A model generated the notes under the pieces. The model had not been told where the DNA came from. It saw only the letters and a list, made by a program, of their open reading frames with translations, and made no database searches. Shown here piece by piece: positions 51,199-64,000 of a stretch of DNA of 64,000 bases. Origin of the DNA: Antedon mediterranea (lineage: Eukaryota; Animalia; Echinodermata); assembly GCF_964355755.1 (NCBI RefSeq), contig NC_092679.1, positions 12,755,432 to 12,819,431 of the forward strand. Reading direction: 5' to 3'. Position 1 is the first letter of the stretch. Every line of letters starts with the position of its first letter. A program made the position numbers and the translations under genes.

Positions 51199-52526
51199 TT
51201 CTACTGTTTGAGTATTGACACATGGTATAGAATAAGGTTGAAAGGAATGATATCTCTTTTAATATTATTTTCTTTTATCTAAGTTTAATAACAAATTAGA
51301 AATTGAATATTTAATGAATATATCAATAAACCAAGAAATAAATGTATTCAGACTTGTTAAACTTGTTATAATCTATTGACCTAATTAATTACAGTACTAA
51401 ATTATAATCAAGTGTTATTCTTGGATTTCTGAAATATAAACAAAAGTGCAAAGTATGAAATGTGTTTTATTTCATGGTATGCTTATATGTTGGATGTTTT
51501 TAACAAGCCACAGTAACGAACATTGTGGACGCTACCAATATTTTTTATTCAACTTAAAATTATTCAGAAAATCATGGAGTTATCTATACAGTATTATATA
51601 ATAATAATAGTAGAGTTCAATTTAATATAGCGAAAAATGCAGGGCCTCTAAGAAAATAACAAAAGATAATGATGATAGTGAAAATTAAAAAGGTGGGATT
51701 TGAGAAGCTTTTTTTAATGTGGTGAGGGATTCAGTTTTCCATGATAAGACCCAATTTTAATCTCATGCACAAGTATATAACTTCCGTTTTATCCGAGATA
51801 ATCCTACTGTCAAACGTACAGCTGCTGCAATCCCCAGGCGCAGATTTAGGCCCCGGCCCCTCTTTGTAATATTTATATATAATACATAGCCTATGTAAAT
51901 ACGTGAACGTGATTGGATGAAACTGCATCAGATGACTACCGCTGCGAGGATCGTAAATCGTATATATACTCGAGTAGGATGATATTGACTGAGTAATTTT
52001 CACGTAATTATCGTGTCCCTGTCATTAAACATATAAAATCCAGAAAATTCTTGTGTACGATGATATTGACTGTGTAATTTTTGCATTTGCCGATAAATAA
52101 ACAAAAGTCATCTACTGGGTCTTGAACTCGCGATGACTTAACTATTTAAACTATGCATACATAGCGCCCTCATTTGTTATTAGTCCTCCCTAGATGTGAT
52201 GAAAGACCGTTTGTGATCGGTTAATACTCACAGTAGTAACCGGTACACGCGTGATTCGGCTCGAAGAAGACGAATTATAATTTATTCGGCCTACCTGATA
52301 ATATTATTATTAATAATGTAGGCTTATTGATGGAAATTCTCCTGTTATTATTTAAACGACCTAGGCTAGTGAATATTTTATTGCCAAGGAATCATTAATT
52401 AGTAATTATCTGTATATTATTCTTCGCAAGGTAAGGTGTCTAGGCAGCTTGTTTACATACAATACAAAAAGGAGGTCTAGCCTAGCTACCCGACCCAGCA
52501 GATATTCTACTTGTTGTTGGCTACGT

Positions 52527-52693
52527 AATAAAACAGATATCGCCTTTTATATTGGTACAATATAAGCTTTAACATCCCCTCGGGATGATATTATGTTCTC
52601 GGGGAATTATATATTTCTTCGAACATAATATTATTCCCTTGGGGATGTCAAATCTTATATTTCACCTCAAACAGGCAATATCTGTATAATATA
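52527..52693. mobile_element. Small palindromic MITE-like element
   Basis: acagatatcgcc..atataag..acatcccc..atattatgttc mirrored by gaacataatat..ggggatgt..cttatat..ggcaatatctgt. Confidence 0.7.
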
Positions 52694-52719
52694 TTATGCA
52701 CCCATTTACATATGATTTT

Positions 52720-53046
52720 ATCAACGATTTTACAGGAAAAGGGGGTACAAATCAACATTAAAAATCGTTAAAATCTTCAATTTTTTGTAAAAGTTGAACC
52801 GAGTTCAACTTCAATGTTACGATCGGTAAAACTGACTGACCAATCAAATAGTTCATACATTACGTCATCATAGTTTGTGGAAAAATTCACGTCCATGTGT
52901 CCCAGCAACGTCGAAAGAACCAAGAAACCATTAACGATCGCGTCAAAAATGTGTAAAAATCTGCGGTCCGACTCGATCATCGTTATCATTTGATTTGAAA
53001 ATTTAACGCAACTAGTCGTAACATTTCGTCGACGGGAAAACAGGCT
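52720..53046. mobile_element. Orphan right end of a Harbinger element related to 8609-15521
   Basis: cgtcgacgggaaaacaggct-tta is the reverse complement of taa-agcctg(t/g)tttcc(c/t)gtcgacg. Confidence 0.6.
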
Positions 53047-53709
53047 TTAGGCTGTTGCCAAAAAAGAAAACAGTTCCGTAGGCCTATATTAAATATGGTC
53101 TATAAAACCCACTATATTCAGATAATTATATGACAAGAATCGACTGGCCAAAACGCCTCAGATGGTATCTCCGTGCGTCTAGAAAAAAGGACCTCTCTAG
53201 GACACCCTTAGACGATTATTTTCCCATATCGGCCCCCTCTTTATCAAAATCCTAGATCCGCCCCTGGTCTTTAGGTAATACAAATTTCTCCATAACCAAC
53301 CCTTTTTAGCCCTGCTTAGCTTTATGACTGAACTGCCAGTGACATTCATGACCATCATTACACCGTAAATTCTGATAAAATTGTGTATCTAAATGTATAT
53401 ATAAATTTGCCTAATTTGAAATAGGCGAGCACAATGGAAAAACTGTTGAGAAGATCTCCCCGTTGGATACCTTCCTTATCTATCTCAGATGTACAACAAA
53501 ACGTAGATTTGATAACATTAGTGTTCACTATTACGATATTGTTCCGTATTTCTGTCTTAGGAAGATATAAAGGGTTTTAAAAGATTTTCAACCGTCCGCG
53601 GTAAGTGATTTCTGGGTTGATGTAATCACTTTGCGACTTCCGGGTTTTTTGCTTCCGACCAATTTGACATTGACGGCGACATACACACTTTGCTTTTTCA
53701 TGGGCCACA

Positions 53710-54556
53710 TATGGAACGCCGTTTACGCAACATTTCGATGATATGAATTTTATGACGCGATATGTGAATGAAATGCATCGATATGAATTGAATGGCGTGA
53801 TATATGAATGAAATGTTTTGAATTGAATGCTTTGAATTGAATGTTTTGAATGAAATGTTTTGAATTGAATGTTTTGAATAAAATGTTTTGAATGAAATGT
53901 TTTGAACTGAATGTTTTGAATAAAATGTTTTGAATGAAATGTTTTGAATGAAATTTTTTGAATTAAATGTTTTGAATGAAATGTTTGAATTGAATTGAAA
54001 AGTCAAACTATTGGCGGCGTATGTCATTCCCGCTCGCGATTTTTTTTCAACCTCTTAATAGGCCTAAGCATGGGTACCCTCATCTCCTTTCAACGCTGTC
54101 ATCAATATGAATCCTTTACAGAGACTCCCTAACAGACCTGAAACATTGGAATACATATTTCCGAACCCAGGTCTGTTAGGATTCTCTGTAAAGGCAGCGT
54201 GGAAGAAAGGAGATGAGGGTACCCAGGCTTAGGTCTAAGAGGTTGAGAAAATAATCGCGAGCGATTATGACATAAGCCACCAATAGTTTGACTTTTCAAT
54301 TCAATTCAAACATTTCATTCAAAACATTTCATTCAAAACATTTCATTTAAAACATTTCATTCAAAACATTTCATTCAAAACATTTCATTCAAAACATTTC
54401 ATTCAAAACATTTCATTCAAAATATTCAATTCAAAGCATTCAATTCAAAACATTTCATTCATATATCGCACCATTTAATTCATATCGATGCATTTCATTC
54501 ACATATCGCGTCATAAAATTCATATCATCGAAATGTTGCGTAAACGGCGTTCCATA
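53710..54556. mobile_element. Non-autonomous foldback element, IS3EU-like, almost entirely palindromic
   Basis: TATGG...CCATA termini; 6-bp TSD GCCACA (53704-53709, 54557-54562); 14-bp aaaacatttcattc minisatellite in both arms; short central loop at ~54141-54166. Confidence 0.88.
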
Positions 54557-54584
54557 GCCACACGTGAAGTTTTTAGAATCAGAC

Positions 54585-54880
54585 CACCATGGTTGGGACG
54601 AAGCTAAGACAATTAAAAAAAATAGAGTTGCATATAGGTCTCCGGAAATTGGATTATACTTTGATATATATGAAACGAAATTTTATGTCTACACCATGAT
54701 TGGGGCGGAGCTAAGAAAATGTTGAAAAATAGAGCTGTTAATAGGTCCCCGGAAAATGCACTTATTGTACTTCAAAATATAAAACGAAATTTAAAAGTAT
54801 CCAGGACCAGCTCTCTGGTTAGGGCTGAGCTAAGAACATTTTAAAAACTAGAGCAGGTCTTCATAAATTGCACTTACAGT
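54585..54880 (+). repeat. Degenerate ~115-bp tandem repeat, about 2.5-3 copies
   Basis: accatg(g/a)ttggg.cg.agctaaga..aaaaatagag..taggtc.ccggaaa.tg recurs. Confidence 0.65.
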
Positions 54881-55695
54881 ATACTTAATAACTGGGGCTA
54901 CCTTAATAAATGTCAGGCTCATGATCAACCATTTGCCTTTTTGGGCCCCCAAGCTGAGACACTTTATCTACCCTCTATAGCTTGTAGGTCGGCAAAAAAT
55001 GCTGGTAAGTGGTACACATGGCATACATCCTCATACCAAGGCTAATCTTTAGATCGAAATTCATGTACCTTTATTTAAGCTTTATGAAACCTTAAGAAAA
55101 TTACAAAAAAAGGACCCCATAGCCTATTGATTCCGTCGTCAAACAAACAATTTTTTGGCCGTTTTACATAATAATATTAATAATGATCATCAGCTAGACA
55201 CCTCCCAGATGATGCTCATGATTCATGTTTGGCTTGTTGTGCCAAATATTTTTGTTTAAATTTTCTCTCACCTCTTCCTACGAGGCATGTTGAGAAGCAA
55301 TGTCGAAAATAGCGCACAAAAAGCTTAAAATGTGCCCTCTGTAGTATCTGAAATGAACTCGATCCTTTACTAGGCCTACCCCTCATGCTGCTACTGAACG
55401 GCCAGCAGATATTTCTATTTATATCCGAAAGGACCACCCAGGATTGACGCGGACAATTGCGGCTTCTGTTGTTTTACATATCGTACACGCGTTTAAAACA
55501 ATATAGTGGTCTTTCGTTATTATGATGCACCAACATCAACTACAATACACTGTTTAAGCAGGGAAGAGTTAACTCTTCCCTGGTTTAAGTATGAAATTCA
55601 TTCTGCACATGCTCAGAAACATGTATACAATACTGACATTTTGTATATATCAACTTGAGACTTGGGATAGGCATACATACTGATATACTGAATGA

Positions 55696-55984
55696 TATAT
55701 TCCATTAGATATTATTTGTTTTAATTATTAGTTATTTCCATGTTTTACGGATTGTATTGTTTGTATAATAGATTTGTATTACACAAAGTGCTTACAAATT
55801 CTAATTTGGAATCAACCATCTATGTAGCCCACTTGACTGCTAGGAAACTCCCAGCTGAAAATGATACATGAATAGAGCTGACTGGGGCTACCTTCCATAA
55901 ATTGATTACGGCTTTCTGATATTAAGACAGGACTCCCGGCTTATATATCAGACAGGTAGTTTGGTGACTGTGAAGGTGGAAAAG
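55696..55984 (+). promoter_or_regulatory. Uninterrupted FReD copy E promoter/5' UTR: kappaB-like site 55843-55852, TATATA 55942-55947
   Basis: Motif matches, position ahead of the signal-peptide ATG, and conservation with the split copy B promoter. Confidence 0.6.
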
Positions 55985-58900
55985 ATGCTAGGAAGATGTT
56001 TCCTACTGTCACTGTTGGTGACTCTGGCACTCAGCTATGTTGTAGAGAATGAAGAACTGGATGGTGTTTCTCAATTAATTGTTATAAAACATGGATGTGG
56101 CGATGAGACAAAAGGAAAGTGTATGGCATTCTTTATAATATATATGTATATCCTAGAGTTGTTGAGGGATATAGATTTATAGTTATATTTAGTTCATATT
56201 TGTGTCATCATCTCATTTTGTATTTAATTTACATGTTCCACAATAGTTTTTATTCAACACTATTTCAAAGAGAAAAATATTAAAGTCATATACTGTAAAG
56301 AAAGTAATAAATGTTAATGTTAAGTCCGTGTTTGAACTTATTACAAGTTCAGTCCTAAATGGTAAATTCTAACTTATTACAAGATAAGGCCGACATAAAA
56401 GTTTTGTGTTCAAACTTATTACAAGATAATTCATAAAATGTTTGTGTTCCAACTTATACAAGATAGTCATAGGTCTGTTCAAATGCATTACAAGATAGTC
56501 ATAAGGTTAGTGTTTGAACTTAATATTACAAATTAAGTGTCCAAATATACAAATACATTAGCAAATAAAAAGATTACATAATATTGTCGAACACGAACTT
56601 TTATGTTTTTGTATGTGCTAATCCAAATATCAAGTTGATCTGTGTGTTTAAAATATAACAATAGAGAGGTTTCGCAACCTTACGAATACGATAACGAAAA
56701 CGGATACGTCACGAACACGTATTCGTTTTCGTAAGCCATAAAAAAATCTGTTTCGCATGGCAACGAAATATTGAGGCGCGTCCAAAATATGACTGCGGTA
56801 AATTTGAGCGAAGCGCAGGTACGTGTTGCTTGGTGCTTGGCTGCCTATGCCTAGCGTAACATCAAAGCGAGTGAGGACTTTAAAAACTGCTATTTATCAA
56901 AATTGACTTGGCATTTTAGTAAATTACTTTAGTAAATTACTTTCAATAAATCTATAATTATATTATAATCATGAATCATTCCTCATTCAAATGCAAAATG
57001 TGCAAAATAGATCAAAAACTATACTCGTTTTGTAGTTACGAATATGACTGGTGATATTTGTCAACACGAATACGCTTTACGAATGTGAAATGGGGATCAG
57101 CTCAAAAGTTTCACAAATGTATGACGTATCCGTTTTCGTTATCGTATTCGTAAGGTTGCGAAACCTCCCTATTAACAATATAATCACTGATCTGTATCTT
57201 TAACCAGGTGGTAGTTTATGCAAATTAGAACCTACTATGATGTATGCTTGTGGAGTGATTAGTTCACTTGTGATATGTAGCTTGTTGGGTAAAACACAAG
57301 CACAACTTAGCCTGAAGTTAGACTGAGATTTACAAAGTTAGAGTGAGACCTAGTTTAAGGCTTACTTTAGAAGCTTAAAGTTAGACTGAAATAGTGAAAT
57401 ATCTCTATGGACTAAATTATATAGTTTTAGAGGCTTCACTTAGCAGCCTAAAGTTTTTAGCGAGGTCTGGAGTTTTAGTTTAGTCGTAGGCCTAAACTAG
57501 TGAGACACTGGCATATTTATTTATTTTATTTATTTATTAAAGATCCAACAATATCTATTATGTAGACTATTATTTTTTTGTAAATCTTTTCAAAGGTTAT
57601 GCATAAGCCAAAAGTGGTGCTTACATGATCAATATTCATGATGGAGGTGAACCATTCCGTGTTTACTGCGATATTGACACTGATGGAGGTGGATGGACAG
57701 TAAGGCTAAACCGGTATAATACATTAATAAACTGGGGCTATTTAGGGTTAATTTATGAGTATCAAGTAGATTAAAATAAACATTTCATTGACACCTAGGC
57801 CTACAGTGCAATTGATACGAATACTATTAAACATAATTTCAGTCTTCCAAAATCCTGCCATTAACATGTCAGCATTTTATTACATTACAGTTTCTTTTGT
57901 TTTAATCTTGATTATGTTTGCAAAGGTCTTTCAAAGACGAGAAGATGGATCCATGAATTTCTATAGAAATTGGGCAACATACAAGGCAGGGTTTGGGAAT
58001 GTTAATAGTGAGCATTGGCTTGGTAATGATAATATTCATCGCCTTACATCTGATGGTCACTTTGAAATGAGGGTGGACATGTCCACCTTTGAGGGTTAAT
58101 CGGCCTACGCTCACTACGGCAACTTCCGAATAGGTGATGAGGGAAGTAACTACAAACTGATATGTGGTGGCTATAGTGGTAATGCAGGTAAGGACTTGTT
58201 TACACACCTTTGGCTCATACAGTATTTTTGGTTCAATACTTTAAATACTGTATGTACAGTGGAATATAGTAATAATAATCAAACCTATATAGCACCAATT
58301 TCAAAACGATGATCAAAGACGCACATTCTGAAATTGTCTAAATAAATGAGTTTTTAAATTAATTTTAAATGAGTCAAAAGTGGGTGAAAGTTTAAATGTA
58401 TAGAGTAAAAAAAATTAGTAAAATAATGAAAATTATAAGAGTTTGGTTAAAGAAAGCAGAACTAATTACTCTAGAGTGAAATATACAATTTACTATGAAA
58501 TAAAGAATTAAAGAATAAATGTGGGACACACCCACTGAAAAAAAAGACATAATAACAATTATTTAAATTTTTCTTTATTTCATAAAAACAGTTGCGTGTC
58601 ACAAATATGATATGCCAAATTGTGCATGAAAAAGTGATAATAAACATCAAAAACACAGAGAAAAAAAACACTCAGGAGAGGGAAACACTGAGAAAAAAAG
58701 GAAATTAAGAATTACGGAGCTCAATATAAAAATCATTGGACTACAAGCAACAAATCTAAAATTGTTAACATGGGAAAAATTTCAGACATCGATTTTAGGG
58801 GGACTAATAAAGGGATTTGCAAAATTCAATATTTATATGCATATTAAGTCACAGAAACAAATGGGACAAAAAAACAATTCTGCATAATATTAATCACTTC

Positions 58901-59541
58901 ACAATCACAAAACTGGAAGATATATTGGAATATTCCTTTATCAATCAATACATTTGAATAAACATTTTACAACTTTTGTTTATTGGTCAACATTACAGGT
59001 TGTAGTCAATTTGTGTACCGAATTTCAGCAATTAAAAACGTATAAATGAATAATTTATAAATAAATAATTATTATATATTGAGATTACTTGGGGCAACTG
59101 TTTAACATAAATTTGTAATTGTTAATAACTAATACTGTATCTATAACTCAACTTAACTATTAATAAGCAGGATTTCATTAGGTAGTAAATTAGGACGTAC
59201 TATATACCAAAGTGCACATTATGTCCAATTTACTGAAATTAGGCTAGATTGTACTCAAGTGATATTTAAATATAATTATTATCTTTATTTTAGGTGATTC
59301 ACTGACAGCACATAACAATCTCCAGTTTTCGACGTTTGACCAAGATCATGACACATCAGCCTCATCATGTTCTGTGTCATTAAAAGCAGCTTGGTGGTAT
59401 GGTGGCTGTCATAGTTCAAATCTGAATGGATTGTACCTGGGTGGTACAACTGATCAGAATGCAAAAGGTGTGGTGTAGGGAAATTGGAAAGGGCACTACT
59501 ATTCCTTGAAAACGACTGAGATGAAAATACGTAGAATATAA
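55985..59541 (+). pseudogene. FReD copy E: exons 55985-56120, 57596-57699, 57926-58187, 59294-59541
   Basis: All four exons are present. Stops: TAA 57604-57606 (with loss of the PRDC segment), TAA 58097-58099, TAG 59476-59478. Confidence 0.9.
56663..57170. mobile_element. MITE with ~48-bp TIRs, AT flanks (ISL2EU/Harbinger-like)
   Basis: ag(a/g)gaggtttcgcaaccttacgaatacgataacgaaaacggatacgtca at both ends, inverted. Confidence 0.85.
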
Positions 59542-61142
59542 TGGTAGCATGATATAGTGAAGTTAAACTCAGAGTATAATAATTAATTTGAAAATTAATC
59601 AAATTCAAAGACACCAAGCTTTTAAAAATGTATGTAAAATTAAATACACTTAATGTGAAAAATAAGTTGATTCTAATAATTCAAGCAGGACGCTATAAAT
59701 ACTAGCATTTATTCAAGGTTTTTATTCAATAAAACGAAAATTTACATTCTAGCCAAAGGCTAAATTTTGTACAATTTTACAAAATATTGCACATATAAAA
59801 AAGTTATCACATAAAAAGAACATATTATATTAAAATGAATTAGATAAAGTACATAATATGAAAATGAAAAAAACATTGAAAAATCAAAGAAATTGTTACG
59901 AATCACGGTCTAATAAAATATCTATATTAAAACTTATGTATTATTTGTTTATTATTTCACATTGGTTGATGACGGCAACGTTTGCTAAATGTAATTATTC
60001 TTTATTATTCAACAGGTTAATTAGGTATGGCAAAGGGCTATTTTTATATCATTTAGTTTTACATTTTATTTGTTGATATGGGTTGGTCTTTCTTAAGTTG
60101 TACGGTTTATTTCTAGGCTGTAGCCATGATTGAAAATATGCTGATTTATTATCCACAGATTGATATTTTCATTTTTTTCTGTGATGCAATATATCGTGAA
60201 GGGAAAATATAAAAGAACAGTATTTCCCCGATTTTTAACAGATCCTGTAAAAAAAAGCACAATTCAGGTACAAGAAAACGCCACGCTAGGTCTACAGCTA
60301 GCATACAATGTTCATACGTTACAGCTTGACATAAGCCCTGTCTACTAGGTCATTCAACACAAGCTATTAGGTAATACTAGCAGGGAACCTGTGTCTTTAT
60401 CTGCCTTACTATGTGGTTCCAAACTTCACATTGGAGGAATAAGTATAATAATAGTGAACACTGATAAAAGTACTCTGACAATTTGTCGATATAAAAAAAA
60501 TTGTATCAAGAATCAAATTTGGAACTGTTTACGGACATTGATTTTTTTTTTACACTATTCCTTAACGTTGAAATATCTGTAAGCTAAAAAATAAAAGCAA
60601 TACTGGATATGGAACTTTAAACTTTACTTTGACTGTTCGGACTGTACAAAAATAGAAGACGCTGAAGAAATATTGTGTTGTGTGAATTATTCTATGGTGC
60701 GCATCAGAAAGTGACAACGTGCATGTTCATAATAGAGACATGTTGAACTCTGCAAATCAGTCAGCAGTTAAAAAATTTCAATGATAAAATTTAAAAAAAA
60801 TGGTAATTTATAGTGAGATGTATTGAATGGATACTGCTGCTTTGGACTTAAAATCAACACAAAAAAATGCACATGGTGGTAGTAGTTGACATTAGATACG
60901 CGCAGCAGCAGACATTAACGAAAGTAAAATACCAAGCTTATTTTGGGTGTTTTTCGTTTATTGTGTATTATTAGATAGCTATAGATAAAATAAAAAAGTG
61001 GACATAAATCGAATCAGAATACTAATACTTATCATTTACACATTTTGCAGATTCAAACTTGAACTTACTAAGCATTACTATCAATGGCCCCAGTGTTTTA
61101 CTCACTGAGCTAGCCATGATTTACAAAATTCATTCTGTTTAA

Positions 61143-61400
61143 AGTTGTATTGTCCCCCAAAACATGAAAAATAAAGATGAAAAAAATCAAATTTTGAATA
61201 GACCATTTTGTAGTTATAATAAAGTTATTCACTTTCGCCGAAAAAAATATTGATTTCGCTTATAAAAAATCAAAATAAGTTTACCATTTTTTCGAACTCA
61301 TAAGCTCAGAAATTCCTAAATAACGATGGTTAGCTAACAGCTCATAAATATGCATGATATGTTAATGAGTATCCAAACAGGGGAGATCCGATCGGTTCAC
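61143..61400. mobile_element. Left part of a second Kolobok-like MITE; right boundary uncertain
   Basis: ttaa-agttgtattgtcccc, plus similarity to 49309-49430 (cattttg.agt..aa.agttatt.actttc.cc). Confidence 0.55.
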
Positions 61401-61832
61401 CACGTAAACAAACATGTGCAAAAAACAGAAGAAAGTGCTGGGGTTTCCCTGATCGTATGATGTAAAAAGCTGCCGTTAATTTGCTGGTAAGTAGAATTCT
61501 ATTTTAGATGAATGACACATCCTCCTATAATAGTTTTTGGCGTATAGTTATAGGGTTTGTAGAAAGCGACGACCTCGAATTGGACGTCCCCAACGACCCG
61601 AGCGACCTCGCATTGGACGACCTAGAATTGGACGACCCATAACACGAAACCGACGACCCCTAATTATTAGGGGTAATAGCCTAGGCCTAAGCGTGGTATA
61701 ACATCCCGAAGCCGAACATAGCCAAACATCTTTAAACCATACCTTAATACTCGCAAGCAAGCAATTGATTGAAAAAATACAGAACTATCGCCTTTTGATA
61801 CTGAATGTGTCGACACGAACAAACGAACAGAT

Positions 61833-62534
61833 ATGGAATGCCAAGAGTGCATCATTAAAACTGCAGTACGAATTTGCTTAGACCCTCGCGAACTAAATAA
61901 GGCTATACGCCGTCAGCACTACCCAATGAATACGCTAGAATCGGTAATCGCAAAAATGCCAAATGCTAAAGTTTTTTCGAAATTTGACGCGACATCTGGC
62001 TACTGGCAGTTAATGCTAAGTGAGAAAAGCTCTAAGCTAACCACATTTAACACCCCTTGGGGTAGATATAGATTTAAACGCATGCCCTTTGGTATAAACT
62101 CCGCAGGTGAAATTTGGCAACGTGCAATGGAAGAGGAGTTTGATAATATACCAGGCATTGGCATAATAGTTGACGACATGCTAATAGTCGGAGATAACGA
62201 TGCGCAACACGATGAAAGGTTGCAAATATTTTTTGACAAAGTTCGTGCATCTGGTCTGAAACTAAATCGCCCTAAATCTGAAGTAACTGTAGATCACGTT
62301 GAATATTCAGGACATCTACTTACAGCCCAAGGCCTAAAACCGAGCCCTAACAGGATTAGAGCCCTAACAGAAATGCCCAGACCCAAAACAAAAAACGAAT
62401 TGGAAACCTTTTTGGGAATTATGGTATATCTTGCCAAGTTCGTCCCTAATTTATCCAACGTGACAGCCCCACTCCGTGCACTTCTTGCAAAAGGAGTTGA
62501 TTGGTCATGGGAATCCCAACATGAGGAAACATAG
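61833..62534 (+). CDS. Gypsy (Mag/K02A2.6-like) pol fragment: reverse transcriptase, ends at an in-frame TAG
   Basis: VRICLDPRELNKAI, FDATSGYWQ, GRYRFKRMPFG, IVDDMLI, FLG..YL.KF.PN. Confidence 0.92.
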   Translation: MECQECIIKTAVRICLDPRELNKAIRRQHYPMNTLESVIAKMPNAKVFSKFDATSGYWQLMLSEKSSKLTTFNTPWGRYRFKRMPFGINSAGEIWQRAMEEEFDNIPGIGIIVDDMLIVGDNDAQHDERLQIFFDKVRASGLKLNRPKSEVTVDHVEYSGHLLTAQGLKPSPNRIRALTEMPRPKTKNELETFLGIMVYLAKFVPNLSNVTAPLRALLAKGVDWSWESQHEET

Positions 62535-62600
62535 AAACTCATAGATATCTCCACAACAGCGCCGACATTAAAATACTATGATGCTAGCCAGCCAGTAAGA

Positions 62601-63932
62601 GTGGCAACAGACGCAAGCAACCAAGGTTTTGGTTCTATGATTAGTCAAGTAGGGCAACCGGTAGCCTATGCATCCCGTAGATTAAACCAGGCTGAAACTA
62701 ATTACGCGCCTATCGAGAAAAAAATGGCCGCCATCCAGTTTGGATGTGCACGATTTCATGATTATATTTATGGAGCAAAAACAATCATGGAAACCGACCA
62801 CAAGCCCCTAGTGGGAATATTTCAAAAACCACTCCATAAATTAAGCCCCAGGCTACAGAGAATGCGATTAGCACTGCTTAGATATGACCTTGAAGTTGTG
62901 TGGGTACCTGGTAAGGAAAACCTTATCCCAGACACGCTAAGCCGTGCTACCCTTAGGGATGACCCCCCACAAATTGAGAACGATGAATACATAGTATCAA
63001 GTATTATAAACCAACTACCAATAACGGACGAAAAATTGGTAGAATTACGCAGAGCATCCAAAAGAGACCCGACACTCACATTAGTACGTCAATTCGCAGA
63101 GTCCAAATGGCCAGAAAAAACAGCAATTCCATTAGAAGCTAGGCCATACTTTAATTTGAAAGACGAAATTGTGTCGTGTAATAACTTATTGTTTCGTGGA
63201 AACCAAATCTTAATTCCTAAAGTTATGCAACCAGAAATGTTAAAAAAGTTGCATGAGAGCCACCAAGGCATAGTAAAATCGAAACAACGAGCGAAAACAA
63301 TTATGTTCTGGCCCGGCATGAATGCTCAAATAGTGGACATAATCTCAAAATGTTCAACTTGCATGGAATTTCGCTGTAAACGCGCAGCAGAACCGATGCA
63401 ACCACACGAAATACCAGACCGCCCCTGGGCAAAAGTCGGTACAGATTTATTCGAAATCGGACCGAAAGATTATATTATTATAACAGATTATTACTCAAAG
63501 TTTCCAGAAGTAATAGAGATCACAGATAAAACCGCACAAACAGTAGTAGACGCTACCAAATCCGTATTTAGTAGATCAGGAACCCCACTAATAGTCATCA
63601 GCGATAACGGTCCTTGCTATGACAGCGATGTATATCACAAATTCGCAACCGACTGGAGATTCCAACACATAACAACAAGTCCAGGATTTCCCCAATCTAA
63701 TGGACAAGTAGAAAATTCAGTCAAATCTGTTAAAAAGCTCTTAAAGAAAGCGATAAAGACGGGTAATGACCCATACAATTCACTCCTAGAATTTAGAAAC
63801 ACCCCCATTGATGGTACAGATGGATATTCACCGAGTGAATTACTAAACAGTAGACTCTTAAGATCCAAATTGCCAACAACAGAGGCACTTTTAAAACCAC
63901 ACATTGCACCCCCTATGAAAAATAAACTATAA
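62601..63932 (+). CDS. Gypsy pol fragment: RNase H + integrase; the element runs off the window
   Basis: TDAS..G.G, PVAYASR, ETDHKPL, PDTLSR; HESHQG..C..C; GTDLF, ISDNGP, QSNGQVE. Same frame as the RT fragment. RT-RH-INT order. Confidence 0.92.
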   Translation: MATDASNQGFGSMISQVGQPVAYASRRLNQAETNYAPIEKKMAAIQFGCARFHDYIYGAKTIMETDHKPLVGIFQKPLHKLSPRLQRMRLALLRYDLEVVWVPGKENLIPDTLSRATLRDDPPQIENDEYIVSSIINQLPITDEKLVELRRASKRDPTLTLVRQFAESKWPEKTAIPLEARPYFNLKDEIVSCNNLLFRGNQILIPKVMQPEMLKKLHESHQGIVKSKQRAKTIMFWPGMNAQIVDIISKCSTCMEFRCKRAAEPMQPHEIPDRPWAKVGTDLFEIGPKDYIIITDYYSKFPEVIEITDKTAQTVVDATKSVFSRSGTPLIVISDNGPCYDSDVYHKFATDWRFQHITTSPGFPQSNGQVENSVKSVKKLLKKAIKTGNDPYNSLLEFRNTPIDGTDGYSPSELLNSRLLRSKLPTTEALLKPHIAPPMKNKL

Positions 63933-64000
63933 GACAGACAACAAAAACAAAAATCATATTATGACCAAAAGGCAAGAAGTTTAATCAAACAGCCAACCAT

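Noticed and set aside
51834-53266. hAT element bounded by caggcgcagatttagg / cctagatccgcccctg
   Set aside because: The ends match imperfectly and no 8-bp TSD is present.
53698-54027. ORF with SFKTFYSKHSIQNI repeats
   Set aside because: It is a translation of the 14-bp minisatellite in a foldback arm.
61400-61830. Gypsy 5' LTR and primer-binding site
   Set aside because: There is no second LTR in the window and no convincing CA-TGG junction, so boundaries cannot be supported.

Overview
AT-rich eukaryotic (invertebrate, probably marine) genomic DNA. It holds a tandem cluster of intron-containing fibrinogen-related-domain (FReD/ficolin-like) genes on the + strand, most of them damaged, within dense transposon sequence: LINEs, a PIF/Harbinger element, two IS3EU-type foldbacks, MITEs, and BEL and Gypsy remnants. 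The main observation is at 24132-46402. What looks like a ~1.5-kb satellite is 14 non-autonomous Helitron/Helentron-type elements inserted into one another at a fixed T-rich site just behind their own 5' hairpin. The 14 heads and 14 tails pair like balanced parentheses, each head matches its tail's subfamily, and several empty junctions can be rebuilt without gaps. All calls are by eye. Family names rest on motifs and terminal/TSD rules, not database searches.
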